A DNA stretch of 64,000 bases from Thermoplasmata archaeon (GCA_049970095.1 JBMFNP010000002.1:4143-68142); one strand, 5' to 3'; positions 19,639 to 29,755 are shown, numbered from the stretch's first letter. Program-made: numbers and translations. The notes: generated by a model from the sequence alone, not told the origin.

Positions 19639-19678
19639 TGTTAGGAAATAACAGGGGAAATATTTAAAAATGAGGTTT

Positions 19679-19756
19679 GGGGTGAGAGATGTAGAAATCT
19701 TGGTAGGTACTACCGGAAAATTTTAAGATAACCTATACATTTTTCTACACCCCTCC
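19679..19756. repeat. short inverted-repeat element, copy A (GGGGTGAGAGATGTAGAAA ... TTTCTACACCCCTCC)
   Basis: About 85% identical over ~80 nt to copy B at 50536..50620. It lies immediately upstream of the rps6e TATA box. Confidence 0.6.
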
Positions 19757-19808
19757 AACAAGAAAAGTATTAAATAGAAATGCGTTTTCAATCTTGGTTG
19801 GTGAAAAG

Positions 19809-20237
19809 ATGGCAGAATTCCGAGCAAATGTGTCGGTAGAAGGAAAAACATATGCACTCCCAGTATGGGGTAACTATGCCAATTCGCTGATTGGAAAGAA
19901 AATCGGGGATGAGGTTGATGGCATATTTGTAGGGCTACCTGGCTATAAATTGCTGATTACTGGTGGTTCTGATAATGCTGGTTTTCCAATGCGAAAAGAT
20001 ATTCACGGGGCAAAACGCGTAAAAGTGCTGTTGAGCGAAAGTACTGGTTTTCATCCTGATAAGAAGGGTTTAAGAAAAAAAGTGTCTGTTAGAGGAAATA
20101 CAATCTCTCCAGATATTGTACAGATAAATTTCAAGGTAATTGCAAAGGGACCACACGCAATTGAAACCCTTGTAGCAGAGGCAAAGAAGAGGTATGAGGG
20201 AGAAAGAGACAAAAAAGAAGAAAAACCAAAGAAATGA
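19809..20237 (+). CDS. rps6e: 30S ribosomal protein S6e
   Basis: MAEFRANVS...GFPMRKD...KKGLRKK. GGTGA RBS. TATA tattaaata lies ~35 nt upstream. Confidence 0.85.
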   Translation: MAEFRANVSVEGKTYALPVWGNYANSLIGKKIGDEVDGIFVGLPGYKLLITGGSDNAGFPMRKDIHGAKRVKVLLSESTGFHPDKKGLRKKVSVRGNTISPDIVQINFKVIAKGPHAIETLVAEAKKRYEGERDKKEEKPKK

Positions 20238-20248
20238 GGTAAAGGAAA

Positions 20249-21481
20249 ATGAAGGTGCATGTACAGCCAGAATTGAATATTGGAATTGTGGGGCATGTGG
20301 ACCATGGAAAAACCACCCTCACATATGCGCTAACCAGGGAACGCACAGACAGATTGTCAGAGGAACGGAAAAGAGGAATCACTATCCGCCTGGGTTATGC
20401 GGATACTGAATTTTATGAATGCCCAAACTGTGAGGGATTAGATAAATACTCAAATTCACAGACCTGCCCGAGATGTGGAAGCCAGACAAAATTTTTGAGG
20501 GCTGTGTCTTTTGTGGATGCCCCAGGTCATGAAAGCCTGATGGCAACCGTGCTCTCTGGTGCCGCAATAATGAATGGAGCACTTTTGATTATTTCTGCCG
20601 ACGAACGCTGTCCTCAGCCGCAGACAAAAGAACATCTTATTGCACTACAGATTGCAAATGTGAAAAATGTAGTAGTAGTGCAGACCAAGATTGACCTTGT
20701 TTCCCCAGAACGTGCAAAAGAAAGTTATATGGAAATTAGAAATTTTCTTAAGGGTACATTTGCTGAGAATGCACCCGTGATTCCTGTTTCTGCTCACCAT
20801 GGAATAAATCTGGAAGCCCTTATTTATGCAATCCAGAAGTATATTCCCTCTCCATCTTTTGATGCGACCAGAGCACCTAGAATGTATGTTGCCCGTTCGT
20901 TTGATGTCAACATGCCCGGAACACCCCCTGAAAAACTGGTAGGTGGTGTGGTGGGTGGCACAATTATGTGTGGAAAAATTGTAATTGGGGATGAAATTGA
21001 AATTGCACCCGGGAATCTAGAGATCGTGGAAAATCAGAAAGTCTACAATAACATAGTTTCAAAGGTTTGTTCGCTTTATGCTGGTGATCTGCCACTTACA
21101 GAAGCGAGACCAGGGGGACTAATTGCTCTGGGAACTGCGCTTGACCCCTTCCTCACAAAATCCGATTCGCTTTCAGGTAAGGTGTTGGGAAAACCTGGAA
21201 CTCTACCAGAAATCAAGCACAAACTTCAGATGGAAGTCCATCTTTTAGAGAGGGTTGTGGGTACAACCTCGGAACTGAAGGTAGAGCGTCTCAAGAGCTC
21301 TGAAAACCTCATGCTCACAATCAATACAGCCAAAACAAGTGCCCTCATTACAAGCACTCGCGAGAATATTGTTGAGGTGAATCTTAAAGTTCCTGTTGCC
21401 TGCGAGGCGGGAGATCGTGTGGCTGTGAGCCGCAAGGTTGGAACAACCTGGCGCCTTATTGGATACGGTATTGTCAAGTGA
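20249..21481 (+). CDS. eif2g: translation initiation factor 2 gamma subunit (aIF2-gamma)
   Basis: G1 motif GHVDHGKTT and a zinc-ribbon insertion CPNCEG...CPRCG, plus EF-Tu-like domains II/III. GAGGT RBS. Confidence 0.9.
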   Translation: MKVHVQPELNIGIVGHVDHGKTTLTYALTRERTDRLSEERKRGITIRLGYADTEFYECPNCEGLDKYSNSQTCPRCGSQTKFLRAVSFVDAPGHESLMATVLSGAAIMNGALLIISADERCPQPQTKEHLIALQIANVKNVVVVQTKIDLVSPERAKESYMEIRNFLKGTFAENAPVIPVSAHHGINLEALIYAIQKYIPSPSFDATRAPRMYVARSFDVNMPGTPPEKLVGGVVGGTIMCGKIVIGDEIEIAPGNLEIVENQKVYNNIVSKVCSLYAGDLPLTEARPGGLIALGTALDPFLTKSDSLSGKVLGKPGTLPEIKHKLQMEVHLLERVVGTTSELKVERLKSSENLMLTINTAKTSALITSTRENIVEVNLKVPVACEAGDRVAVSRKVGTTWRLIGYGIVK

Positions 21482-21486
21482 GATAC

Positions 21487-22872
21487 ATGAAGTATGATGC
21501 AATTGTGGTGGGTGCGGGACCCGCAGGAATATTTGCAGCAGAGGAAATTCTGAAAGCCGGAAAAAATGTTGTCATCGTGGAAGCGGGTGCAGATGTGAGC
21601 AAAAGAGTGTGCCCGATGGAAACTGGCTCTGAGTGTCTTCAATGTGAGCCCTGTCATATAATGGCTGGGGTTGGTGGTGCTGGCACATTTTCTGATGGGA
21701 TTCTCAATCTAAGACCAGATATTGGTGGAGATATTGCGCATCTATGCGGGAGTGATGCGGAGGCACATGCACTCGTGAAAGATGTTGACGAATTTTTTGC
21801 AAAACATGCTCCCAATTCAACCCTATACCAACCTGACGAGGAAAGCGCAAACTCCCTCGCACGGAGAGCAGCAGCTGTAGGTGCCAGATTCATTCCGATA
21901 CCACAGAGACACATCGGCAGTGACCACGCTCCACAGGTGATTGAAGGAATATGCAATGAGTTGAAAAAGAACGGATTGCAAATTCTTACAGAAACCCGTG
22001 TAAAGGATATTCTCGTGAGAAATGGTGGATGTGAGGGTGTGGTTCTTGAAAACAATGAAATTCTAAAAGGAAAGGCAGTGGTAATTGCCCCTGGCAGAGT
22101 TGGAATGAACTGGATGCAAGAGATAATTGAAAGGCACAGTATAAAGGCAAGACATGGACCAATTGACATTGGTGTGCGGGTTGAAGTTCCCTCAATTGTG
22201 ATGGAACCAGTCATAAAAATAAATCGCGATCCTAAATTTCATATTTTCACAAACAGATATGATGATTTTGTTAGAACATTCTGCACAAACTATAATGGTT
22301 TTGTGGTAAAGGAGAATTATGGGGAATTCATAGGTGTGAATGGACATTCAATGAAGACTAGGTCTTCACAAAATACAAATTTTGCATTTCTCGTGCGGAT
22401 TGAACTTACGGAACCAGTTGAAAACACGACTGCGTACGGGCGCTCTATTGCAGAGCTTGCAACCACAATCGGTGGTGGAAAGCCAATTGTGCAGAGGCTC
22501 GGAGATCTAATGGCGGGGCGGCGTTCCACATTTGCACGACTGGCAAAGAACCCACTTAAGGGCACTCTCACAGATGTTACTCCTGGTGATATTTCTATGG
22601 CACTTCCGTCCAGAATTGTACAGAATATCCTTGAAGGGCTTGAAAAACTCAACCAGATAGTTCCTGGTGTTGCCACCGAGTCCACGCTTCTCTATGCACC
22701 AGAGATAAAATTTTATGCAATGATAGTTGAGGTGAACCGTGATATGGAGACATCAATTCCAAATCTGTTTGCGGCTGGTGATGGTGTAGGACTTTCAAGA
22801 GGAATTGTAGGTGCAGCAGCAACTGGAATACTGGCAGGCAGAGGTGTGGTAAGGAGGCTCACGAATGCTTAA
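21487..22872 (+). CDS. FAD-dependent oxidoreductase (COG2509-like)
   Basis: N-terminal dinucleotide-binding fold YDAIVVGAGPAGIFAA. Start taken at the ATG after the aIF2-gamma stop. Confidence 0.7.
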   Translation: MKYDAIVVGAGPAGIFAAEEILKAGKNVVIVEAGADVSKRVCPMETGSECLQCEPCHIMAGVGGAGTFSDGILNLRPDIGGDIAHLCGSDAEAHALVKDVDEFFAKHAPNSTLYQPDEESANSLARRAAAVGARFIPIPQRHIGSDHAPQVIEGICNELKKNGLQILTETRVKDILVRNGGCEGVVLENNEILKGKAVVIAPGRVGMNWMQEIIERHSIKARHGPIDIGVRVEVPSIVMEPVIKINRDPKFHIFTNRYDDFVRTFCTNYNGFVVKENYGEFIGVNGHSMKTRSSQNTNFAFLVRIELTEPVENTTAYGRSIAELATTIGGGKPIVQRLGDLMAGRRSTFARLAKNPLKGTLTDVTPGDISMALPSRIVQNILEGLEKLNQIVPGVATESTLLYAPEIKFYAMIVEVNRDMETSIPNLFAAGDGVGLSRGIVGAAATGILAGRGVVRRLTNA

Positions 22873-23545
22873 CATTCTTCTTGCAGATGCTGAACTGGAG
22901 ATGGTGCCTGAGAGCATTGCCTCGCATCCCTCAGTGGTTGTAAATGCTAGAAAGCGGGGAAAGAAGACGGTGAATATTCTTCTTGATGCCAGTTTGCACC
23001 ATGCAGCAATGCGCAACCTGGAGATGGGAGAAAGGAGGGGGAGACCCGACATTGTACACTTTTCTCTCCTTCTTGCCTTGGACTCTATTCTAAACCAGAT
23101 TGGTAAACTCAGAATATATGTGCATACCAGAAACAACGAATTGATTGTGGTTGACCCGCAGACCCGCCTGCCTAGAAATTATCCAAGGTTTGTGGGGCTT
23201 ATTGAGTCATTGTTTAACAACAAGGTGGTGCCCAGCAGGGAGATGCCACTCCTTACATTAATTGAAGGATACGACTTTGGGAAGTGCCTGGATAATATTC
23301 CACATTCAAAGGTGATTGTGTTTTCACAAACAGGCAGGAATGTAATACTAAGCGCATACCTTGAAAAAATGCAAGATGAAAATCTCCTGTGTGTAATCGG
23401 GGGTTTTCCAGAAGGAGACTTTCTCAGCAATGTGTATGAACTTGCAGATGATGTAATTTCTATTGCTCCCCAGACACTCTCGGTTTGGACAGTTATATCA
23501 GAATTGATAGTCAACTATGAGAATGTGCACTTGCCCAGCAGGTAG
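22865..23545 (+). CDS. nep1: ribosomal RNA small subunit methyltransferase Nep1 (Emg1)
   Basis: Strong full-length match to archaeal Nep1 (HPSVVVNARKRGKK, GERRGRPDIVH, VDPQTRLPRNYPRFVGL). It overlaps the upstream gene by 8 nt. Confidence 0.9.
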   Translation: MLNILLADAELEMVPESIASHPSVVVNARKRGKKTVNILLDASLHHAAMRNLEMGERRGRPDIVHFSLLLALDSILNQIGKLRIYVHTRNNELIVVDPQTRLPRNYPRFVGLIESLFNNKVVPSREMPLLTLIEGYDFGKCLDNIPHSKVIVFSQTGRNVILSAYLEKMQDENLLCVIGGFPEGDFLSNVYELADDVISIAPQTLSVWTVISELIVNYENVHLPSR

Positions 23546-23704
23546 GTGTCCCCACACCTGAGATCTCTAACCTGCAAGCGATTGCAATGTTCTGCATTGG
23601 TATTCTTCTGATTGTGCTGGCAAGAAAACGGAAAGAGAGGTAAAAACGGATAATATTGTGCAACAAAACAACAGGGGACGGTACACTTCAAATTCAATTG
23701 AAGA

Positions 23705-24678
23705 TTACTTGGCAATCTTTCTGTATCTTTCAAGGTCAGCCTCAACCATTATTCGCACAAGATCCTTGAAAGACACCTTTGGCTGCCAGCCGAGAACCCG
23801 TTTTGCCTTAGATGCATCACCACAGAGCACATGCACCTCTGCAGGTCTGTAAAACTTCTGGTCAGTTTTCACATATTTCTCCCAGTTTTCTATTCCCGCA
23901 TATTCAAATGCAAGTTCCACAAATTCCCTTATTGTGTGTGCTTCTCCAGTAGCAATTACATAATCATCTGGTTTTTCCTGCTGCAACATCAGCCACATCG
24001 CTTCCACATATTCAGGTGCATATCCCCAGTCCCTTTTTGCATCTAGATTTCCGAGAACAATTTCATTAGCCAGACCATACTTTATTCTTGCAACTCCATC
24101 TGTAATTTTTCTTGTCACAAATTCTATACCCCTCCTTGGAGATTCATGATTGAAGAGAATACCATTGGAAGCATGAAAACCATAACTTTCTCGATAATTA
24201 ACAGTAGCCCAGTATCCCATTAGCTTTGCAAACCCATATGGACTTCTTGGATGGAAAGGCGTATTCTCGTTCTGCGGCACTTCCTTTGCCAGCCCGAAAA
24301 GTTCGCTTGTGGAAGCCTGATAGAACTTTGCTTCTGGGCACACAACCCGCATTGCCTCAAGCAGGCGTACAACTCCCACACCAGTAACTTCGGCAGTCAA
24401 TACTGGCTGTTTAAATGAAGTCTGCACAAACGACTGGGCAGCAAGATTGTAGATTTCATCTGGCTGGGCAACTGTTAATGCAGAAATCAAAGAACCCTGG
24501 TCCGTCATATCCCCATCCAGCAATGTAATCTTGTCAATGATATGGTCAATGTTCTTTGTGTTGGGAATTGAGAGTCTGCGCACGAGCCCGTACACCTCAT
24601 ATCCCTTTGCCGCAAAAACTCTGCAAAATAAGAACCATCCTGCCCTGTAATCCCAGTGATGAATGCAATTTTACTCAT
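23705..24678 (-). pseudogene. gmd: GDP-mannose 4,6-dehydratase, interrupted by a single frameshift near 24609-24618
   Basis: The N-terminal 22 codons (MSKIAFITGITGQDGSYFAEFL) are in one frame. The remaining 296 codons (YGLVRRLS...) are in another frame. The junction lies at a T5/A5 homopolymer. Confidence 0.8.
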
Positions 24679-24707
24679 AGATTTACATAGGGGTACGGTA
24701 TTTAAAA

Positions 24708-25754
24708 CTATCTGTCCAACAATTCCTGGTATACTTTTATATGATGTTGGGCACATCTCTCCCATGTGTAATTTTTCGCTAACTTTATTCCCCTCTCTTC
24801 AATTTTTGTTTTCAGTGCCTCAAGAATTCCTTCTGCAATCTCTCTTGGCTCATTTTTAACATAAACTGGCACATCTTTCATAAATTCACGGTTAAATGGA
24901 AGATCCAGTGCAACAACCCTGTTTCCACATGCAAGTGCCTCAAGGGGAGGTAATCCCATCCCTTCATAAATAGTTGGCCAAACAAAAACATCAAATGAAG
25001 AATATGCCGCTCTAAGCTCTTCTATACTCACAACACCGGGTTCAACAATTTCTAACCCATACTCATTTGCAACAGCCTCAATTTTTTTCGTTTCTTCAGC
25101 CCAGGTAGAAGGTCCGAAGCGCACGAAATTCACATCGTATCCTTTCTCCTTTAAAATGCCCACAGCTCTAACCAGTGTTGGAAGATTTTTTCTGGGATCG
25201 GTTTGACATGCAGTCATAATATTTATTTTTCCCTCACGGTAAAATCTGGATCTCATGGACACAGGATAAAAATCATCCGTAATTGCATGAGGACATACTT
25301 CTATTTTATCTGGATTTACTCCGATGTATTTGATACATTCTTGCTTTGAAAATTCACTATTGCTCAATATTTTTTTTGCTTTTAAAAACATGTGTTTTCT
25401 GTATTTCCATTCCAATTTAGCACTGAGACTCTTAAGATAATCCATAGGAAAGGCAAGAGGTGCAACATCATGTAGGGTTAGAATAGATGTGTTCTGCGTT
25501 GCAACGCCCGCATCAAGTGCATGCACAATTTTAGCTCTTGGATGTTTCAGAAATCGCACAGGCCAGATGGTGATATAACCCCCAACCATTCCCTTGCCTG
25601 TTCTTATCTCAAAGAGGGGCTTCACTTCCTCTATTTTTACCTTCAATCCCTTTTCACTTCCAAGTTTCAACACCCTTGGTATGAGATTTCCTGCGAATGA
25701 GCCATGCCCTACACCAGCATACCAGTTGCTAGTAATGATTGCAATATCCTCCAT
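24708..25754 (-). CDS. GT4-family glycosyltransferase
   Basis: C-terminal GT-B motif EGMGLPPLEALACG. Confidence 0.8.
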   Translation of the reverse strand: MEDIAIITSNWYAGVGHGSFAGNLIPRVLKLGSEKGLKVKIEEVKPLFEIRTGKGMVGGYITIWPVRFLKHPRAKIVHALDAGVATQNTSILTLHDVAPLAFPMDYLKSLSAKLEWKYRKHMFLKAKKILSNSEFSKQECIKYIGVNPDKIEVCPHAITDDFYPVSMRSRFYREGKINIMTACQTDPRKNLPTLVRAVGILKEKGYDVNFVRFGPSTWAEETKKIEAVANEYGLEIVEPGVVSIEELRAAYSSFDVFVWPTIYEGMGLPPLEALACGNRVVALDLPFNREFMKDVPVYVKNEPREIAEGILEALKTKIEERGIKLAKNYTWERCAQHHIKVYQELLDR

Positions 25755-25837
25755 TTTATTCGCCTATATAATGCCTTTATTTAATCCCTTCTCAAAGAGA
25801 TCTGGTTTATAAAAAAAAAGAAGGCAGGGAAAGATGT

Positions 25838-27055
25838 TCATTGGGATTTTGCTTTTCTGCTCCGAAATACAAGGTATGCGAGTACAATTCCAACTACAAA
25901 CCCGCCGCCAAATGCAAGTGCCATGTAGAGGATATTTATTTCCCCACTGGTTGCAAAAATTTCAAATTCATGTTCTGAGAAGTGTGGCACGTACAGAAAG
26001 ATAACATAGTTGCCAGCGTCATCAGTAGTAACCGCATACTTTGCCTCCCCATTGCCTGTACCAAACATCTCCTCCACGCTGCCTCTCTTTATTTCCTTCC
26101 CATCCATTTTCACTTGTATTCTTTCCATTTTCATTTCCATATTTTCTTTCTCAACCATCAGTGCAATCACTGTTCCACTGCCTTCCCCAGAAACCCTGAG
26201 GTGTATTCTGTTCTGTGTCATTTCTCTAACCTCTGCGAGCACATCTGCACGATATGCCACCCCATCATCCATCACCAGCCCGTTTGTGTAAGCGAGAGCA
26301 AGTTCCGCCCCTACTTTTATCATATTTTCATCAGCAATAGGGACGCCATATCTGTGCCATGCGTGCATCCTGAATGTGCTAGTTTCTCCATTCACAAGGG
26401 TTGTTGAAAGTGTCTGATTGGTTATTTTGATCTGATTACCTGCAACAATTGTTCCGCTGATGTTTCCGCTTGCAGAGAAAATCCAGGCAATGTTGGCGTA
26501 TGTGTGGTTTTTGTATGTATTCATAGCATAGAAATTCTGGTTAAGTGTATAGGTAACGGAGAGGGTGGTGTTGAAGGCAATGTGGTGAATTACTCCAGAG
26601 GGGTTGTCATGCACAATTATCATTGCATTTTCGCCCCTGAGCATCACAATGTTTCCCATTACTCTGAGTCCCACCCTGGAAAAATTGCTCATACTGATTG
26701 CATCAAAAACTCCAAGAGTTTCCATAGAACCATCTTTCGGAATCTTCAGTTTATAGTTTGTAATCTTACCAGTGTGCTCATCCAGATAGAAGTCAACAAA
26801 TCTTCCTGTAAAATGCCCATCTGTGTAATTCATGCAACCCATGTACCTTGTTTTCATAAAATACTCCCGCCAGGTGTTTTCTGTCTCTGGCTTTGACCAG
26901 TTAAAGCCATTTTTGCAGTTCTCTGAATGCCCTGGCATCCCTTCCATTGGACACTCTCCAAATTGCGCTGCTGCAGATATGGGCACCACAGTAAGGATTG
27001 CAATTCCGAGCACGAGGGCAAAAGCCCACATTCCTTTTTCCTTTTTTGTCTTCAT
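25838..27055 (-). CDS. secreted protein with signal peptide and C-terminal TM anchor (unknown function)
   Basis: Start trimmed to MKTKKEKGMWAFALVLGIAILTVVPISAAAQ. The C-terminus is a hydrophobic helix followed by RSRKAKSQ. Confidence 0.5.
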   Translation of the reverse strand: MKTKKEKGMWAFALVLGIAILTVVPISAAAQFGECPMEGMPGHSENCKNGFNWSKPETENTWREYFMKTRYMGCMNYTDGHFTGRFVDFYLDEHTGKITNYKLKIPKDGSMETLGVFDAISMSNFSRVGLRVMGNIVMLRGENAMIIVHDNPSGVIHHIAFNTTLSVTYTLNQNFYAMNTYKNHTYANIAWIFSASGNISGTIVAGNQIKITNQTLSTTLVNGETSTFRMHAWHRYGVPIADENMIKVGAELALAYTNGLVMDDGVAYRADVLAEVREMTQNRIHLRVSGEGSGTVIALMVEKENMEMKMERIQVKMDGKEIKRGSVEEMFGTGNGEAKYAVTTDDAGNYVIFLYVPHFSEHEFEIFATSGEINILYMALAFGGGFVVGIVLAYLVFRSRKAKSQ

Positions 27056-27157
27056 TTCTATCACCGTATGTTGATTGAAATGAGTATTTAAAGAATTTTT
27101 GGTACAAAACCAAAAATGAATGGTACAAAACCCGAACAAGAGAAAAAACAGGAGAGT

Positions 27158-28216
27158 TCAGAATGAGAAGTAATTTTCAAGCAAACCCTGGAGTTCCTTG
27201 ATTTTTTCAGTTAGGATTTTACGGATTTTCTGGTTGGCAGTAACTGTACTTGAAAGGGTATCAAAGTTCTCATGATATTCCACAGGAGTATTTGCCAGCA
27301 CATTAACTAACAGGTGTGCCAGCATAGGATTGTTCTGGTTATAACCACCTTCCTGCAGAATAACAAGTTTCCCCAGCTTCGAAATTTTCTGGACAAGTGT
27401 TCTGTAGCCCTTTGCAGTAAGTCTCAGTCCTATGTTAGGTTCCGAAAAATGTGCATCAAATCCGTTCAGTCCTATGATTAAATCTGGTTTAAACTGATTT
27501 ATTAACGGAATCACCAGATTTTCAAGCACCATGTTATATTCTTCATCACCACTGCCTGGTGGCATCTCCATGTTTGCAGTATAGCCCCTCCCCTCGCCAT
27601 GCCCTATCTGGTATGCAAACCCGTCATGTGGATAGAAATCATGTGGGTCCCTGTGTATTGAAAATTTGTAAACATACGGACATTCGTAAAAGATGCGCAT
27701 CGTGCCATTTCCTGCATGGGCATCCCAGTCAAGAACAAATACCCTCTTTATTCCTTTCTTTTCCATAAGATAGGCGATAGCAATTGCCGCATTGTTGAAC
27801 AGACAGTATCCCCCGAATTTATCTGCGGATGCATGATGCCCTGGGGGGCGTGTGAGTGCGTACGCATACTCTGTGTGCCCCAGAAGCACATCCACCGCAG
27901 CCCTTATTGCTGCACCTGCTGCAAATTCTGCAGCAACCACGGAACCACTGGTGATATAAGTAGAATCTCCCAGGAAAGAATACCCCCTCTCCGCACACTT
28001 TTTTATGAACTCAAAATAGTTTTTTTCATGAATCCGCAGGATATCTTCCTCTGTTGCTGGTGCAAAATCATTTACGATTTTCAGAAATGGCATTTTTTCC
28101 GCCCTGTGAGTAATGTATGTGTATATTTTTCTTATTCTTTCAGGGTTTTCAGGACTTGCACATGCAGGAAAATGAAGTTCATGCTCGCTTCTGTAGTACA
28201 GGTTTACCTTCACCAC
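27158..28216 (-). CDS. histone deacetylase-family protein (AcuC/acetylpolyamine amidohydrolase-like)
   Basis: RPPGHHA...GYCLFNN and DWDAHAGNGT motifs. Confidence 0.8.
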   Translation of the reverse strand: MVKVNLYYRSEHELHFPACASPENPERIRKIYTYITHRAEKMPFLKIVNDFAPATEEDILRIHEKNYFEFIKKCAERGYSFLGDSTYITSGSVVAAEFAAGAAIRAAVDVLLGHTEYAYALTRPPGHHASADKFGGYCLFNNAAIAIAYLMEKKGIKRVFVLDWDAHAGNGTMRIFYECPYVYKFSIHRDPHDFYPHDGFAYQIGHGEGRGYTANMEMPPGSGDEEYNMVLENLVIPLINQFKPDLIIGLNGFDAHFSEPNIGLRLTAKGYRTLVQKISKLGKLVILQEGGYNQNNPMLAHLLVNVLANTPVEYHENFDTLSSTVTANQKIRKILTEKIKELQGLLENYFSF

Positions 28217-28250
28217 ATATCAGAAATATCTTCGGAATATATCATACTTT

Positions 28251-29384
28251 TCATGTGTGTGAAGCCAATCCATCCATAACCTCTCTTATCTTTGTGATTG
28301 CAAGTTTGATATTGTCCATGGAATTTGCATATGAAAAGCGGATGTGTTTTTCTCCGTTTCTACCGAATGCGGAACCTGGAGTGCAGATCACACCATGCTG
28401 CACAAGTTTGGTTGCCAGTTCCATTGAACACCAGTCACCAGAAAACTCTGGAAACGCATAGAATGCACCATCTGGCTTCAGGCATCTAAATCCTGGAATT
28501 CCATTCAAAGCCCCTACGATATATTCCCTTCGCCTCTTAAATTCTTTAACCATTCTTTCAATTTCCTGCCCTCCATTTCTGAGCGCTTCAAGGGCGGCAT
28601 ACTGTGTGGGTGTTGGAGGACATGCAATTAAATGATAGTGGGATTTGAAAATAGGGGCTAGGAGTTCTGAAGGTACAACCATGAACCCGATTCTCCAGCC
28701 AGTCATCGCATATGTTTTTGAAAAGGAATTTATTATGATTGCATTCCTGCATCTGCCCCAGAAACTCTCATGTTTTCTGTCATAAATTATGTGGTCATAC
28801 ACCTCATCAGATATTATTATCAAATTATGTTTATCCGCAATCTGGGAAATTTCATCTACATCTTTTCCAGGGATCACACCGCCAGTAGGATTTGAAGGAG
28901 AATTGATTATAATTGCCTTTGTTTTCTTGGTGAGCAAACTTGAGATTTCGTTTATATCTGGAATGAAATTATTTTCCTGGCTCAGAGTGTAGGGCACTGG
29001 TTTTGCACCACAGATGCGCACATCTGCCTCATAAAGCGGGAAGCCAGGGTCTGGGATAAGTACTTCGTCTCCTTCGTCAAAAAGTGCGAGGGCTGTTGCA
29101 AATAAACCTTCAGTTGCACCTTCTGTTATAATCACATTCTCTTGTTTTGTCGGAAAAAGAGGAGCATAACATGCAGCAATCTCTGCCCGTAATTCTGGAA
29201 TACCACCAATCGGCCCATACTTATTGAAACCGCTTTTCACCGCAGTTTGTAATGCATTGAGCACACACTCCGGTGGTTGAAAATCTGGTTCTCCAAGCCC
29301 CAGATTTATGGAATTTGGGGGTGCACCTTCAAACATCTTTCTTATGCCAGAAATTTCTATGTTCAGAAATTTTTTTGAGTTCAT
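28251..29384 (-). CDS. PLP-dependent class I aminotransferase (aspartate aminotransferase-like)
   Basis: SFSKTYAMTGWRIGF lysine motif and full-length conservation. Confidence 0.85.
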   Translation of the reverse strand: MNSKKFLNIEISGIRKMFEGAPPNSINLGLGEPDFQPPECVLNALQTAVKSGFNKYGPIGGIPELRAEIAACYAPLFPTKQENVIITEGATEGLFATALALFDEGDEVLIPDPGFPLYEADVRICGAKPVPYTLSQENNFIPDINEISSLLTKKTKAIIINSPSNPTGGVIPGKDVDEISQIADKHNLIIISDEVYDHIIYDRKHESFWGRCRNAIIINSFSKTYAMTGWRIGFMVVPSELLAPIFKSHYHLIACPPTPTQYAALEALRNGGQEIERMVKEFKRRREYIVGALNGIPGFRCLKPDGAFYAFPEFSGDWCSMELATKLVQHGVICTPGSAFGRNGEKHIRFSYANSMDNIKLAITKIREVMDGLASHT

Positions 29385-29521
29385 GATTGTGGATAATGAA
29401 ATTGGTTATTTAATCTTTGCATGGAGGGGGTAGCCTTAACTTGGGTTGATGAGGAACTTACCTCCATCGGAGTGTGGAAATCTTTATATTTTAGAAGTGT
29501 CTATACTCAAACGGTGAGCAA

Positions 29522-29755
29522 ATGGCAATCGGATTCGTATTAATAAGTACGGCACCGGCAAAAGAACACGATGTGTACAACGAGCTACTGAAAGTGAAAG
29601 AGATCGTGGAACTGCACCCCCTGTTCGGGGAGTATGACCTCATAGCGAAAGTAGAGGCAGAGGACTTCAATGTGCTGGGACAGGTTGTGGTTGATAAAAT
29701 CCGCTCGATCCCTGGTGTAATTGACACAAAGACCCTTACAGGAATAAAGTTCTGA
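29522..29755 (+). CDS. stand-alone RAM-domain protein (Lrp/AsnC C-terminal domain only)
   Basis: 77 aa with a beta-alpha-beta-beta-alpha-beta pattern (YDLIAKVEAEDFNVLGQVVVDKIRSIPGV). No HTH. Confidence 0.7.
   Translation: MAIGFVLISTAPAKEHDVYNELLKVKEIVELHPLFGEYDLIAKVEAEDFNVLGQVVVDKIRSIPGVIDTKTLTGIKF

Noticed and set aside
23544-23559. Hairpin AGGTGT-CCCC-ACACCT right after the nep1 stop
   Set aside because: It could be a terminator-like structure, but no T-tract follows. Archaeal termination relies on oligo-T. It was not called as a feature.
23587-23643. 18-codon ORF MFCIGILLIVLARKRKER downstream of nep1 that looks like a TM + basic anchor
   Set aside because: It is too short and there is no RBS or in-frame upstream ORF. 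It is probably a chance hydrophobic reading of the spacer between convergent genes.
29423-29470. Inverted repeat ATGGAGG...CCTCCAT (GGAGGGGGTAG) between the aminotransferase and RAM-domain genes
   Set aside because: It has only a 7-bp stem with a ~30-nt loop. Its resemblance to the GGGGGATGTAG repeat terminus is weak and could be chance.
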